A stretch of DNA of 64,000 nucleotides from Sphingomonadales bacterium (GTDB lineage: Bacteria; Pseudomonadota; Alphaproteobacteria; Sphingomonadales; Sphingomonadaceae): the NCBI GenBank assembly GCA_038257735.1, contig JBBSIZ010000006.1, positions 7,975-71,974 on the forward strand, written 5' to 3'. Shown here piece by piece: positions 28,956-38,597 of the stretch. The position numbers were made by a program, and so were the translations under genes. How positions within the stretch are numbered: the first letter of the stretch is position 1; every line of letters starts with the position of its first letter. The notes below the pieces were generated by a model. It ran no database searches, was not told where the DNA came from, and was given only the letters and a program-made list of their open reading frames with translations.

Positions 28956-29240
28956 ATGACCGCTCGCGCGCCATTCCCGTTCCTCTGCGACCGCTGCGCC
29001 GCCGAAGGCCTCGCCGGCGAAGCGGAATTCGAGCGGCTCGCCGGCCTCGGCGACCTGCTCGATTTCGAGTCCGTTCCGCGCCGCGTCGCCCGAGCCGACG
29101 GCCGCTTCGCTCGCGATGACGGCGTTCCACGTGGAACATTGAGCGAACATATGGTTTTTGCACGTAAAGGCGCAATTCGTCTGCCGAGCCCTTCGCAAAG
29201 CGACTGCCCTTCGCCGTCCCCATCGAGACCAAGTCACTGA
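28956..29240 (+). pseudogene. Truncated member of the 'F.PV.R..R(H/A)DGW' hypothetical family
   Basis: DLLDFESVPRRVARADG, then breaks at a CGTC-REP fragment (29101-29121). Related to the 42664 gene. Confidence 0.55.
29134..29148 (-). promoter_or_regulatory. Second LexA box, inverted
   Basis: GAAC-ATTGAGC-GAAC. The reverse complement of 29132-29150 matches 28932-28950 at 18/19. Confidence 0.7.
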
Positions 29241-29474
29241 TTCCTAGAAGAAAACAAACTTCGCCAAGATCGGGCCAAGATCGAGCGGAAGCGCCACGAA
29301 TCGCCTGGAATCGCCATGAATCCCGTCATTTCGCCACACCGGGTTGATTCAGCTTCCGGACGGAACCCCGAAATCCAGCGCGCCCAATGTCGCCTCCGTC
29401 GCCGTCACCGGCTCCGGGGGCGAGGCGGCGGCGATCATCGGGCCCGCCGCCTCATGAGCACGCACGCTGATGCG

Positions 29475-29918
29475 TTAACGGGCCAGGCGGCGCGTATCCG
29501 CCCTGAGTGCCGCCAGTATGTCCTCGTCGACCGAATGCGGCTCGAGCTCATGGTCGAAGAACAATTCCAATTTGGAGGCAAAGGCCGCGAAATCCGGCGC
29601 CCCCGCCAGCATCACACCCCGCACCGCGGAGCAAAACGCATCGAGCTGATCCTCATAGACGGGCAGCCAGACCTCCTCCGCCTCTGCCGACGACCCCGCC
29701 GTAGCCCGCTCGAACCCCCGGATTTCCGCGTCGGCGGAGCGAAAGGCGGTGAGGGCCTTGCTCCATTCCTCCCCGGAACGGGGAGGGGGACCAGCCGTAG
29801 CCAGAGGCGAAGGCTGGTGGAGGGGTCCCCCGGCCTCCAAGACCCCCGCGTCGGCAATGAATGGAATCCCCACCGCCCCACCCAGCAACGCCCGCCTGGA
29901 GATCCCGCTTCCGCTCAT
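29475..29918 (-). CDS. Hypothetical protein with twin-Arg-like leader, paralogue of 751..1446
   Basis: SRRALLGG leader, APDFAAFASKLEL and LRADTRRLA C-terminus. Confidence 0.75.
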   Translation of the reverse strand: MSGSGISRRALLGGAVGIPFIADAGVLEAGGPLHQPSPLATAGPPPRSGEEWSKALTAFRSADAEIRGFERATAGSSAEAEEVWLPVYEDQLDAFCSAVRGVMLAGAPDFAAFASKLELFFDHELEPHSVDEDILAALRADTRRLAR

Positions 29919-30095
29919 CCTGAGTAGCGACCGAGCTTGACGAGGGCGCGTATCGAAGGCCGTAGCCCTCCGCCCCGCATTCGATTAAGCTGCCCAGCAG
30001 CCATCCTTCGCCTCCTTCCGGGAAAGGCGTGCGGTGGTAAGAGCCGGAGCAAGGCAGCCGCCTTGCTCCGGTTCGCTCGATGAGCAATCCGATAG

Positions 30096-30302
30096 CGGAA
30101 ACCTAGGGCGGGCGCAATAGCTGAGAGTGGAAAAAATAAGGGTGGCCGGCCGAAGACAGGGATTGGCCCGGCCATCGGCTTGCGGCTTTACCCGGATTTA
30201 GAGGCTGCCCTTGATTCCTGGATTGCCCAGCAGCCCGACCCGAGGCCCTCGAGGCCGGAAGCGATACGGGCTATTTTGCGGGAGGCGTTGAAACAGGTTT
30301 AG
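30096..30302 (+). CDS. Ribbon-helix-helix/CopG-like small regulator (not in ORF track; no canonical start seen)
   Basis: Hand translation: ...KNKGGRPKTGIGPAIGLRLYPDLEAALDSWIAQQPDPRPSRPEAIRAILREALKQV*. In-frame TAG at 30093-30095. Confidence 0.6.
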   Translation, partial: RKPRAGAIAESGKNKGGRPKTGIGPAIGLRLYPDLEAALDSWIAQQPDPRPSRPEAIRAILREALKQV

Positions 30303-30442
30303 GGGGAGGGCCACTGTTGCCGCATAGGCACAGAACGCCGGAGATATTCCCCTTGGCAGGACGGGCATTCCCCCACTTGCCTTTATCGGGCAGAAACTTT
30401 AGGGGCCAACTTCAGTTCACAGCTTGTTCCGGGAGAACGTCG

Positions 30443-31690
30443 ATGGAACGTGACGGCGCGCTGTACGAACTGCACCCCAATGTTTCGCCATCGCTTGGCT
30501 CCCCCACAGCCATGGATTTATTCTCGGGGGCAGGCGGCCTTACGCTCGGCTTGCTGAATGCCGGCTTTGACGTGCGCCTTGCATCAGATTGGTCGGCGGG
30601 ATGTGCGCGGACGCATCGGCGGAATTTTCCCTCTGTGCCATTCCGTTTAGCCGACATCAGCAAGGTGGACGGAGACGAGTTACTTGCCCAAGCTGGCCTA
30701 GCCAAAGGCGAGCTGGACCTGCTTATTGGTGGACCCCCTTGCCAAGGGTTTAGCATCCTCGGCCAGCGTCTTCTTGAAGACCCCCGCAATCGGCTCTTCG
30801 GCGAGTTTATTCGCATCACTGGCGAACTGTCGCCGCGCGTTGCGGTCATCGAGAATGTGCCGGGGCTTGCCACGCTTGGTGGCGGCGTCTTGCTGCGGGA
30901 GATTGGCGAGGCGTTCGAGCAACTGGGCTACGATGTCGACTGCGCTGAGCTTCTCGCCGCGCAGTATGGCGTGCCTCAGATGCGGTGGCGGATGTTTTTC
31001 ATTGCTTGGAGACGCGACCAAGGCGTGCGGAGTGGGTTCCCCAAAACAACTCATGGCCGCCTCGGCATTGGCGACTTGGTTCCAAATCGAACGGTCACGC
31101 CGGAGCAACTGGCCGGCTTTGTGACGATCCGGGAGGCAATTTCCGACCTGCCGGTCATTCGGAGCGGGGAAGTATGCCATGCCTATTCTCGAGCTCCCGG
31201 TTGCCCCTACCAAACCGCCATGCGGCTAGGATGCACCGACGGTCTCCACAATCATTACGCTCCAAAATTATCTTCTCTCAATTTGGAAAGAATCAAGTCG
31301 CTACGGCCGGGGCAGGATTGGCGCAATCTGACCCCTGAGCTACTTCCGGAAGGCATGAAGCGGGCGCTGCGTAAAGACCACACTCGCCGGTTTCGTCGCA
31401 TGTGCTGGGACGGAGTTGCTCGGTCCATCATTACACGGTTCCGAGACCCCAAATCAGGCGAATATACCCATCCTAGCCAAGACCGAACGATCAGCATTAG
31501 AGAAGGGGCGCGTATCCAGTCGTTTCCAGACTGGTTCGCGTTCGAAGGGACTTACACTGATCAGTATGATCAAGTCGGCAACGCCGTTCCGCCTCTCCTT
31601 GCAAAAGCAGTGGGCGAGCAGATCGCACGGGCGCTGCGGGGTGAGCGAGATGGAGCGCGGGTCAAATCTCGCTACAGGATATACGCTTAA
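30443..31690 (+). CDS. DNA (cytosine-5) methyltransferase
   Basis: DLFSGAGG, GGPPCQGFS, IENVPG, QMRWR, ISIREGARIQSFP, VGNAVPP. Confidence 0.95.
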   Translation: MERDGALYELHPNVSPSLGSPTAMDLFSGAGGLTLGLLNAGFDVRLASDWSAGCARTHRRNFPSVPFRLADISKVDGDELLAQAGLAKGELDLLIGGPPCQGFSILGQRLLEDPRNRLFGEFIRITGELSPRVAVIENVPGLATLGGGVLLREIGEAFEQLGYDVDCAELLAAQYGVPQMRWRMFFIAWRRDQGVRSGFPKTTHGRLGIGDLVPNRTVTPEQLAGFVTIREAISDLPVIRSGEVCHAYSRAPGCPYQTAMRLGCTDGLHNHYAPKLSSLNLERIKSLRPGQDWRNLTPELLPEGMKRALRKDHTRRFRRMCWDGVARSIITRFRDPKSGEYTHPSQDRTISIREGARIQSFPDWFAFEGTYTDQYDQVGNAVPPLLAKAVGEQIARALRGERDGARVKSRYRIYA

Positions 31691-32814
31691 TGGTCGTAGC
31701 GAGGGCGGCGAGACCTGCACGAGGGAACTATGTCTCTGAGTGGTTCGGGCATCGGGTGTACCCTCGCGTCGTCTCGAACGAGAGGAGCGTCGAGGATCAG
31801 CGGCGCGAGCTGTGCCCGTTCCTTTCACAGGCAACCGGTGAAGAGCGGCGATGCATCAAGCCGGCCGCCTCCCTCGGAGTTTGCACAGTCAACACTCCCT
31901 GCCAAGCGGGTCGCCGGGACTGGTTAGTGTGTCCTTACCGAGCCTTCGATCCGGCGCTGCTGGACAGCGCAATCCGGCGACTATTCGGATTCTCGCCGAC
32001 TCAAGCCGCACTCGTGATGCCGGCAATTCGGCTTGCACACGCAGATGCTCGCGGCTCGACCCAGGAGACCTTGGCATCGGGCGGAAGAGTATTCGTCTAT
32101 TTCGACGCCAAAGTTGGCGGAGAACTCAGCATATCGAGAACAGCCGAATCACCGGAGTTCTCGTTTGATATCACAGTCATTGAGATTGAGCTCTGTGAAG
32201 GGGTGCCGCACGTAGGCCGCTTCGGAATCGTCGAAATTCAAACGATGGATTTTCACGGCTCATACAAGCATGCCGTAGCTAACTTGAAGGATGGACTGCG
32301 GCTGCATCCCCACACTTTTGCAGAGACGCTGAGTCAAAATCAGCAGTGGCTCTCGGAGCGGATAGAGGGACCCAATCTCTCTAACGTGTTCAAGCGTACG
32401 TTCTACCAGATGATGTTCAAGTTCCAGTTAGGGATGAGTTCGAGATGCTCTGGCTGCGTGCTGGCAGTGCCCCTTTCGGTGTGGGAAAGTTGGCAACGAC
32501 ACCTCGGTGGCCCAGTACTGACTGAGGAGGATGACGGCACGTTTAGTCTGTTTGAGCCGGGCAGAAGTCGGCCGGAGGTAGTCCCTGCCTGGATCTACGC
32601 GTTCGATCTCGACGCGACCGCTGATGTGACCCCAACTCCTGTATTGGCCCCGCTGATTATCGCCACAGACGCTGCAGCCATGTCATATTACGCGTTAGAG
32701 CTGGCTCCTACAAAGGCCCTAGCGACGATCGATGCACCTGGTGGTATGATTGCAAAGATAGGCGGGCGCCTTACCACCCTCTGGCCTGAACTCGCGCGTA
32801 CGATCGCGGTTTAA
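31690..32814 (+). CDS. NotI-family type II restriction endonuclease
   Basis: EWFGHR, four Cys (CPF, RC.K, GVCT, VCPYR), GGE...SFD, VEIQTMDFHGSY. Coupled to the MTase stop (TAATG). Confidence 0.85.
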   Translation: MVVARAARPARGNYVSEWFGHRVYPRVVSNERSVEDQRRELCPFLSQATGEERRCIKPAASLGVCTVNTPCQAGRRDWLVCPYRAFDPALLDSAIRRLFGFSPTQAALVMPAIRLAHADARGSTQETLASGGRVFVYFDAKVGGELSISRTAESPEFSFDITVIEIELCEGVPHVGRFGIVEIQTMDFHGSYKHAVANLKDGLRLHPHTFAETLSQNQQWLSERIEGPNLSNVFKRTFYQMMFKFQLGMSSRCSGCVLAVPLSVWESWQRHLGGPVLTEEDDGTFSLFEPGRSRPEVVPAWIYAFDLDATADVTPTPVLAPLIIATDAAAMSYYALELAPTKALATIDAPGGMIAKIGGRLTTLWPELARTIAV

Positions 32815-32967
32815 TTCGGCAGTCCTGCGCCACACGTCGTCAGTGGGGATATGGTAGATAATTTTAGTCTTGCCCGCCGCTCTGCGAACAGGCGCGGATT
32901 TCCGGGAAAGACACTGAGCCGGAACTGATGGTAGGAGCTATGCGGCACGCGGCCCGGACCAGCATAT

Positions 32968-33147
32968 TTAGGCCGGTCTGCCCTTGCGTTCGATGATCGC
33001 CCGCATCTCGGCCATCACCTCGTCGTGGGGAATGCTCGGACGTTCGTCCGCCAGCGACGCCGCGACCTTTGCCCGAAGCCATTCCTCATAAGCCGCCGCC
33101 TCTTGAGGCGTGGCGAATTCCGAGACGATGGGCGATTGCTCGTTCAT
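32968..33147 (-). CDS. PaaA2/StbC-like antitoxin (orphan), not in ORF track
   Basis: [59 protein letters not shown]. Confidence 0.8.
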   Translation of the reverse strand: MNEQSPIVSEFATPQEAAAYEEWLRAKVAASLADERPSIPHDEVMAEMRAIIERKGRPA

Positions 33148-33420
33148 GGCCTCGACATAGCCGAAAGCGGCTATGGTGCCAAACGCAGCTGCCCCTGCCC
33201 ATTCACTTCCTCACCCAGCGTCATAAACGAACTTCGCATCCGTCCCGCACCTCCCTTGCGCCCCCGCCCCGACTTACCAGCCGACGAGGTGTTCGCCGAG
33301 CTTCGCGTCCTCCATCAGGAGCGCCTGAAGCGAGAGGCTGCATACCAACTTCGCATGTCCCGCCCCCGCCTTGCCGCACCCCCCTGTCGCGGCCTAGAAT
33401 CGTGCCGATCGGAGACAAAC

Positions 33421-33639
33421 ATGGACCGCCGCTCACCCGCCCCAGGCCACGAAATCGACGAGGATCAGGGACCGGCCCGCACCGCAGGGCCTGCATCGAT
33501 CGACCCAGCCACGGCCGAGCGCATCCGGAAATCCCTGGCCAACCCCCGCCCGCCAGGCCCCGCCGCCGAGGCCTTCGCGCGGGTCGACGCCCGGATGGCG
33601 GAGTATAAGGCGAAAGAGGGATCTGACCCGCCGCCATAA
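33421..33639 (+). CDS. ParD-like antitoxin paralogue
   Basis: RIRKSLANPRPPGPAAEAFARVDARMAEYKAK, with a ggag RBS and a TTGCCG-N18-TAGAAT promoter upstream. Confidence 0.6.
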   Translation: MDRRSPAPGHEIDEDQGPARTAGPASIDPATAERIRKSLANPRPPGPAAEAFARVDARMAEYKAKEGSDPPP

Positions 33640-33723
33640 ACGAACTTCGCATTCGCTAAGCCCCCTCCCTTGTGCGACCTCACGGCTTGGCCTAATTTCG
33701 GCGCATCCAGAGGAGGCCCGGGA

Positions 33724-33921
33724 ATGAACGCGCGCGCGCACGAAAAGGACGACGATTCGTCCGTGGTCGAGCCGCTCGACCCCGAGTTCGTCAAGCGGAT
33801 CGAGGAATCCCTCGCCGACCCCCGACCGCCAATTCCAGCCTCGGAAGTTCGGGCATCGCTGCGGGCACTCCACGAGGCGCGGCTGGAGCCTGACCTCCTC
33901 GCCCAAGGAGGCCCTACATGA
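33724..33921 (+). CDS. ParD-like antitoxin paralogue
   Basis: KRIEESLADPRPPIPASEVRASLR, with an aggagg RBS. Confidence 0.65.
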   Translation: MNARAHEKDDDSSVVEPLDPEFVKRIEESLADPRPPIPASEVRASLRALHEARLEPDLLAQGGPT

Positions 33922-34154
33922 CCGCCCGTGCCGCCAAGCCCGACAAGGAAGCCCTCTCCGCCGACCCGAGCGAGGAAGCAGAACTCGACCGCTTCCTCCC
34001 GCCGATCGACGAGGACGACCCCGATTGGCAGGCCTATACGCGGAAGAAGATTCGCGAAGCCCTCGACGATCCGCGCCCCTCGATCCCGATCAAGGAAGCC
34101 TTCGCACGGGTTGACGCCCGGATCGCCGAGTACAAGGCGAAGCGTGGCCCTTGA
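33918..34154 (+). CDS. ParD-like antitoxin, cognate to the adjacent ParE
   Basis: KKIREALDDPRPSIPIKEAFARVDARIAEYKAKRGP. Overlaps the parE start. Confidence 0.75.
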   Translation: MTARAAKPDKEALSADPSEEAELDRFLPPIDEDDPDWQAYTRKKIREALDDPRPSIPIKEAFARVDARIAEYKAKRGP

Positions 34155-34446
34155 GGTGCGCGCCCTGCCGGAGGCGGAGGACGATCTTTTCGGGATATAT
34201 CGATACGTCGCTGAATATGGGGGCGCCGAGCGGGCGGATGGGTATGACAAGCGCATTCGTGCCGCGTGCGAGAAGCTCGCCGACTTTCCGAACCGAGGGA
34301 CGCCGCGCGACCGCCTGGAGCCGGGTTTACGGAGCATCCCTTTCGAGCGGCGAGCAACGATCTATTATCGGGTGACGGAAGCGACTGTGGAAATTGTCCG
34401 CATCCTCTATCGTGGCCGCGACGCCGAGGGACTTTTCACCCCCTGA
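34144..34446 (+). CDS. RelE/ParE-family toxin
   Basis: AEDDLFGIYRY...LADFPNRGTPRDRLEPGLRSIPFERRATIYYRV...VRILYRGRD. GTG start. Confidence 0.88.
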   Translation: MALEVRALPEAEDDLFGIYRYVAEYGGAERADGYDKRIRAACEKLADFPNRGTPRDRLEPGLRSIPFERRATIYYRVTEATVEIVRILYRGRDAEGLFTP

Positions 34447-34470
34447 CCCGACGCAAAGTACCACTTTGCG
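34441..34470. other. 30-bp motif copy 2 (CGCAAAGT-ACC-ACTTTGCG)
   Basis: Lies between the parE stop and the duplicated lepA stop. Confidence 0.8.
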
Positions 34471-34477
34471 GCGCGCC

Positions 34478-34729
<252 letters not shown>

Positions 34730-34731
34730 GG

Positions 34732-34911
34732 TTAGGCGGGTCTGCCCTTGCGCTCGACGATCGCCCGCATCTCGGCCATCACTTCGTCATGGGGGATGCT
34801 GGGCCGTTCGTCTGCCAGAGATGCCGCCACCTTGTCCGACAGCCACTTCTCATAGGCGACGGCCTCTTCCGGCGTGTCGAACTCAGAAATGAGGGGCGAG
34901 TGCTCATTCAT
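34732..34911 (-). CDS. PaaA2/StbC-like antitoxin, copy 2
   Basis: [59 protein letters not shown]. Immediately upstream of the ParE fragment. Confidence 0.85.
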   Translation of the reverse strand: MNEHSPLISEFDTPEEAVAYEKWLSDKVAASLADERPSIPHDEVMAEMRAIVERKGRPA

Positions 34912-35041
34912 GTCCGCCTCATAGCGGAAGCGGGCTCCCGCGCCAACAAGGTGCCCGTTCCATACTAACTTCGGATACGACTCGGCCTCGCCTTGCCGCT
35001 TCGCCGGGTGAGGGTTAGTTTTGGCGCAGTCGGAGACGAAA

Positions 35042-35137
35042 ATGGACCGCCGTCCGCCAGGCCTAGGCCCCGCCGCCGAGGCCTTCGCGCGGGTCGCCGC
35101 CCGGATGGCGGAGTATGAGGCGAAGCGTGGCGCTTGA
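35042..35137 (+). pseudogene. Internally deleted antitoxin plus the first codons of a ParE
   Basis: MDRRPPGLGPAAEAFARVAARMAEYEAKRGA*, overlapped by gtggcgcttgaggttcgc (MALEVR). Confidence 0.7.
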
Positions 35138-35177
35138 GGTTCGCTTCCTTGCTTTAGTGCAGCCATTGCACTAGAAC

Positions 35178-35402
35178 ATGCCTCGGCTACAGCGCTTTTC
35201 CGCCTGCGAGATCGCGATGTTTTTCGCCGATCATCCGCCGCCGCATTTCCACGTGCTGGGGCGCGACGGAGCGGCGCAGGTGCGGATCGATACGCTGGAG
35301 GTGATCGTCTCGAGCGGGCGAATCGATCTTCGCGAGGCGCTCGACTGGGCGGCCGAGAACATGAAGCTGCTCGAGGCGAAGTGGCGGGAGCTAAGCGAAT
35401 GA
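35178..35402 (+). CDS. DUF4160 family protein (putative toxin)
   Basis: MFFADHPPPHFHV...ALDWAAENMKLLEAKW. Confidence 0.85.
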   Translation: MPRLQRFSACEIAMFFADHPPPHFHVLGRDGAAQVRIDTLEVIVSSGRIDLREALDWAAENMKLLEAKWRELSE

Positions 35403-35830
35403 GCATCGGCAGGATCGAAAGTGTCGCGATGAGGGCAAAGTCCGCGCTGGTCGTGACCTGGGACGACGGTTGCCGCGCCGAGATCGACCTCGCTCCGATC
35501 ATCGCCGACCATCCGAAGCTTCGCCCGCTCGCGGATCCGGATTCCTTCCCCGTCCGCTCGGACGATGGCTGGTCGGTCGAATGGCCGCATTGCGGTATAG
35601 ATCTCGGCTCGCCGCAGCTGAGGCGCTGGGCAGACGAACAGCGGGGAGAGGTGATGTCGGCCACCGCCTTTCGCGCCTGGATGCAGCGGCATGGCCATAC
35701 GCTCGACGCCGCCGCCGAGGCGCTCGGCCTCTCCCGCCGCACCGTCGCTTATTATCTCAGCGGCGAGCAGCCTGTCCCGAAGACGGTCATGCTGGCCACG
35801 GAAGGGTTCGACAAAAGGCAGGCGGCCTGA
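35399..35830 (+). CDS. DUF2442 + HTH protein (putative antitoxin)
   Basis: LVVTWDDG, GWSVEWP..IDLGS, and a C-terminal HTH (LDAAAEALGLSRRTVAYY). Confidence 0.85.
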   Translation: MSIGRIESVAMRAKSALVVTWDDGCRAEIDLAPIIADHPKLRPLADPDSFPVRSDDGWSVEWPHCGIDLGSPQLRRWADEQRGEVMSATAFRAWMQRHGHTLDAAAEALGLSRRTVAYYLSGEQPVPKTVMLATEGFDKRQAA

Positions 35831-35833
35831 ATC

Positions 35834-35860
35834 CCCCGACCCCGCCGAAGTACCACTTCG
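35834..35860. other. Motif copy 3 (CGAAGT-ACC-ACTTCG)
   Basis: Lies between the DUF2442 stop and the lepA stop. Confidence 0.7.
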
Positions 35861-35870
35861 ATGAGATTGG

Positions 35871-37724
35871 CTATTCCTCCCCCATCCGAAGCGCCGCGAT
35901 GAACGCCTCCTGCGGGATGCTCACCGAGCCGTATTCGCGCATTCGTTTCTTGCCCTCTTTTTGCTTGTCGAGGAGCTTGCGCTTTCGGCTGATGTCGCCG
36001 CCGTAGCATTTGGCGGTGACGTCCTTCCTCAGCGCCGCGATCGTTTCGCGGGCGATGACCTTGCCGCCGATCGCGGCCTGGATCGGGATCTTGAAGAGGT
36101 GCCTGGGGATCAGGTCCTTCAATCGCTCGCACATGTGGCGCCCGCGCGCTTCGGCGGCCACGCGGTGGACGATCATGCTCAGCGCATCGACCGGCTCGTT
36201 GTTGACGAGGATGTTCATCTTGACGAGGTCGCCCTCCCTATGCCCGATCTGGTGATAGTCGAAGCTGGCATAGCCGCGGCTGATGCTTTTCAGCCGGTCG
36301 TAAAAGTCGAACACCACTTCATTGAGCGGAAGCTCGTAGGTGAGCTGGGCGCGGCCGGCGACATAGGTGAGGTTCTTCTGGATTCCGCGCCGGTCCTGGC
36401 AGAGCTTGAGGATCGGCCCCAGATATTCGTCGGGAACGTAGATGACCGCCTCGATCCACGGCTCCTCGATGCTCTCGATCCGGTTGGGATCGGGCATGTC
36501 GGCCGGGTTGTGGAGCTGGACGATTTTGCCGAGCCCTCCCTCCCGGGACGCATCCTCCTTCGAATGCGAAAGGTGGATGTTGTAGATGACGGACGGCGCC
36601 GTCGTGATCAGGTCGAGATCATATTCGCGGGTCAGCCGCTCCTGGATGATCTCGAGGTGAAGGAGCCCCAGGAAGCCGCAGCGGAAGCCGAAGCCCAATG
36701 CCGCGCTGGTCTCCATCTCGAACGAGAAGGAAGCATCGTTGAGGCGGAGCTTCGAGATGCTCTCGCGAAGCTTCTCGAAATCCGCGGCGTCGACCGGGAA
36801 CAGGCCGCAGAAGACCACCGGCTGGACGAGCTTGAACCCGGGCAAGGCCTCCGCGGCGGGCCGCTTGGCGTCGGTGATGGTGTCGCCGACCCTGGTTTCG
36901 GTGATGTCCTTGATCTGCGCGGTGATGAACCCGATCTCGCCCGGGCCCAATTCGGGGAGCTGCTCGATCTTCGGGCGGAAGGCTCCGACCCGGTCGACCA
37001 GATGATTGGTTCCGGCGGCCATGAAGGCCACGTTCTGCCCCTTGCGGATCGCGCCGTCGATCACCCGGACGAGGATGACCACGCCCAGATAGGGGTCGTA
37101 CCAGCTGTCGACCAGCATCGCCTTCAGCGGCGCCGCGCGGTCCCCCCTGGGCGGCGGGATCCGGGTGACGATCGCCTCCAGCACCTCGGCGATCCCGATC
37201 CCGGTCTTGGCGCTGGTGAGGACGGCCCCCCCTTCGGTCCAATGGCCCGCGGCGGGCAGGCCGACGATATCCTCGATCTCCTTGCGGACCTTTTCGACCT
37301 CGGCCGCGGGCAGATCGATCTTGTTGATGACGGGAACGATCTCATGGTCGTGCTCGATCGACTGGTAGACGTTGGCCAGCGTCTGCGCCTCCACCCCCTG
37401 GGCGGCGTCGACGACGAGGAGCGCGCCCTCGCAGGCGGCGAGGCTTCGCGACACTTCGTAGGCGAAATCGACATGGCCGGGCGTGTCCATCAGGTTGAGG
37501 ACATAATCCTCGCCGTCCTTCGCCCGATAGTCGAGCCGGACCGTCTGAGCCTTGATGGTGATCCCGCGCTCCTGCTCGATCTCCATATTGTCGAGCACCT
37601 GGCTGGTCATCTCGCGCTCGGTCAGCCCCCCCGTCGACTGGATCAGCCGGTCGGCCAAGGTACTTTTCCCATGATCTATGTGCGCGATTATGGAGAAGTT
37701 GCGGATTCTGCTGAGGTCGGTCAT
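35871..37724 (-). CDS. lepA: Elongation factor 4
   Basis: [49 protein letters not shown]. Confidence 0.98.
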   Translation of the reverse strand: MTDLSRIRNFSIIAHIDHGKSTLADRLIQSTGGLTEREMTSQVLDNMEIEQERGITIKAQTVRLDYRAKDGEDYVLNLMDTPGHVDFAYEVSRSLAACEGALLVVDAAQGVEAQTLANVYQSIEHDHEIVPVINKIDLPAAEVEKVRKEIEDIVGLPAAGHWTEGGAVLTSAKTGIGIAEVLEAIVTRIPPPRGDRAAPLKAMLVDSWYDPYLGVVILVRVIDGAIRKGQNVAFMAAGTNHLVDRVGAFRPKIEQLPELGPGEIGFITAQIKDITETRVGDTITDAKRPAAEALPGFKLVQPVVFCGLFPVDAADFEKLRESISKLRLNDASFSFEMETSAALGFGFRCGFLGLLHLEIIQERLTREYDLDLITTAPSVIYNIHLSHSKEDASREGGLGKIVQLHNPADMPDPNRIESIEEPWIEAVIYVPDEYLGPILKLCQDRRGIQKNLTYVAGRAQLTYELPLNEVVFDFYDRLKSISRGYASFDYHQIGHREGDLVKMNILVNNEPVDALSMIVHRVAAEARGRHMCERLKDLIPRHLFKIPIQAAIGGKVIARETIAALRKDVTAKCYGGDISRKRKLLDKQKEGKKRMREYGSVSIPQEAFIAALRMGEE

Positions 37725-37771
37725 TTCGCGGCGGCGTTAGCAGGGGCGGCGAGTGCCGCCAACCTCGCGCG

Positions 37772-38164
37772 CTAGGGTGTCGGCCAGACTTCCAGCCGCA
37801 GACCGTCGATCCGCTCGAAGTCCCGGCCGTTGCGGGTGATCAGCCGGGCGTCGCGCGAGATCGTCTGCGCCGCGATCAGGCGGTCGAGTGTGGTCCGGCG
37901 GTCGTAGCCAAGCTCGTAGACTATCGCGCCATAGGCGAGGATGTCCGCCGGCGTGAACAATTGCACCGCGATCGTCTCCAGGAGCCGGTCGAGCAACTGC
38001 CGGCGGTAGTTTGTCGCAGCCGGCTCGCGATTGACTCCATTTTCGAGCTCGATCCGGGTTACGACCGAAATCACCGGGACTCGGCCGATTTCGGCCAGCC
38101 GGTCCTTCGTCTCCCGGTCGTTGTCCCGCAGGGCGATCGCGACATCGGTATCGATGAAAATCAC
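37772..38164 (-). CDS. vapC: VapC PIN-domain toxin
   Basis: IFIDTDV, ELENG, DRLIAAQ, LITRNGRDF. Confidence 0.9.
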   Translation of the reverse strand: MIFIDTDVAIALRDNDRETKDRLAEIGRVPVISVVTRIELENGVNREPAATNYRRQLLDRLLETIAVQLFTPADILAYGAIVYELGYDRRTTLDRLIAAQTISRDARLITRNGRDFERIDGLRLEVWPTP

Positions 38165-38421
38165 AGGCCGGGCCGCTCCGGAAATTCGAAAGGCTCACGC
38201 TCTTGAACCCCGTCCGGAGGGGAGCCGATCGCCTCCAGGTCCGCAAGCAGAGCGAGCAGGCGCGCTTTCTCCTCTTCGGGATCATAAGCGGGAGTGATGA
38301 CGACCCGATCGCCGTCCCGCTCGACGTTGACGGCGACGCCGACACCGAAGCCTATGCCCTGAGGCAGCCGAACCGCTTCGCTATTGCCGCTCTTGAAGGT
38401 CCTGGTCTCGGGCACGCCCAT
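38161..38421 (-). CDS. vapB: VapB (AbrB/MazE) antitoxin
   Basis: TFKSGNSEAVRLP. Coupled to vapC. Confidence 0.9.
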   Translation of the reverse strand: MGVPETRTFKSGNSEAVRLPQGIGFGVGVAVNVERDGDRVVITPAYDPEEEKARLLALLADLEAIGSPPDGVQEREPFEFPERPGL

Positions 38422-38438
38422 CTTTATACGCCTTTCGG

Positions 38439-38452
38439 ATATACATGTATAT
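38439..38452. promoter_or_regulatory. Putative VapBC operator
   Basis: Perfect 14-bp palindrome ATATACATGTATAT upstream of vapB. Confidence 0.65.
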
Positions 38453-38506
38453 ACCACGAGCGGGCGTCCCGGCGCAACTCGAGGGGCGGGCGAAGGCGAT
38501 TCGCCT

Positions 38507-38589
38507 CTTCGCGGCTTCGCGTGAGATTTCCCGATGCGTCTGGTAGGGCGCGAACCTTCGAGAAACGGGTTTCCCGCAAAGCCGCAAAG
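38507..38589. repeat. Family III-like imperfect inverted repeats
   Basis: cttcgcggcttcgcgtgag (38507-38525) and tcccgcaaagccgcaaag (38572-38589), with 8-nt periodicity. Confidence 0.5.
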
Positions 38590-38597
38590 GAACGAGA

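Noticed and set aside
34731-34737. GTTAGGC as an integron attC core
   Set aside because: It is explained by the antitoxin's last codon plus stop. There is no partner box and no integron integrase.
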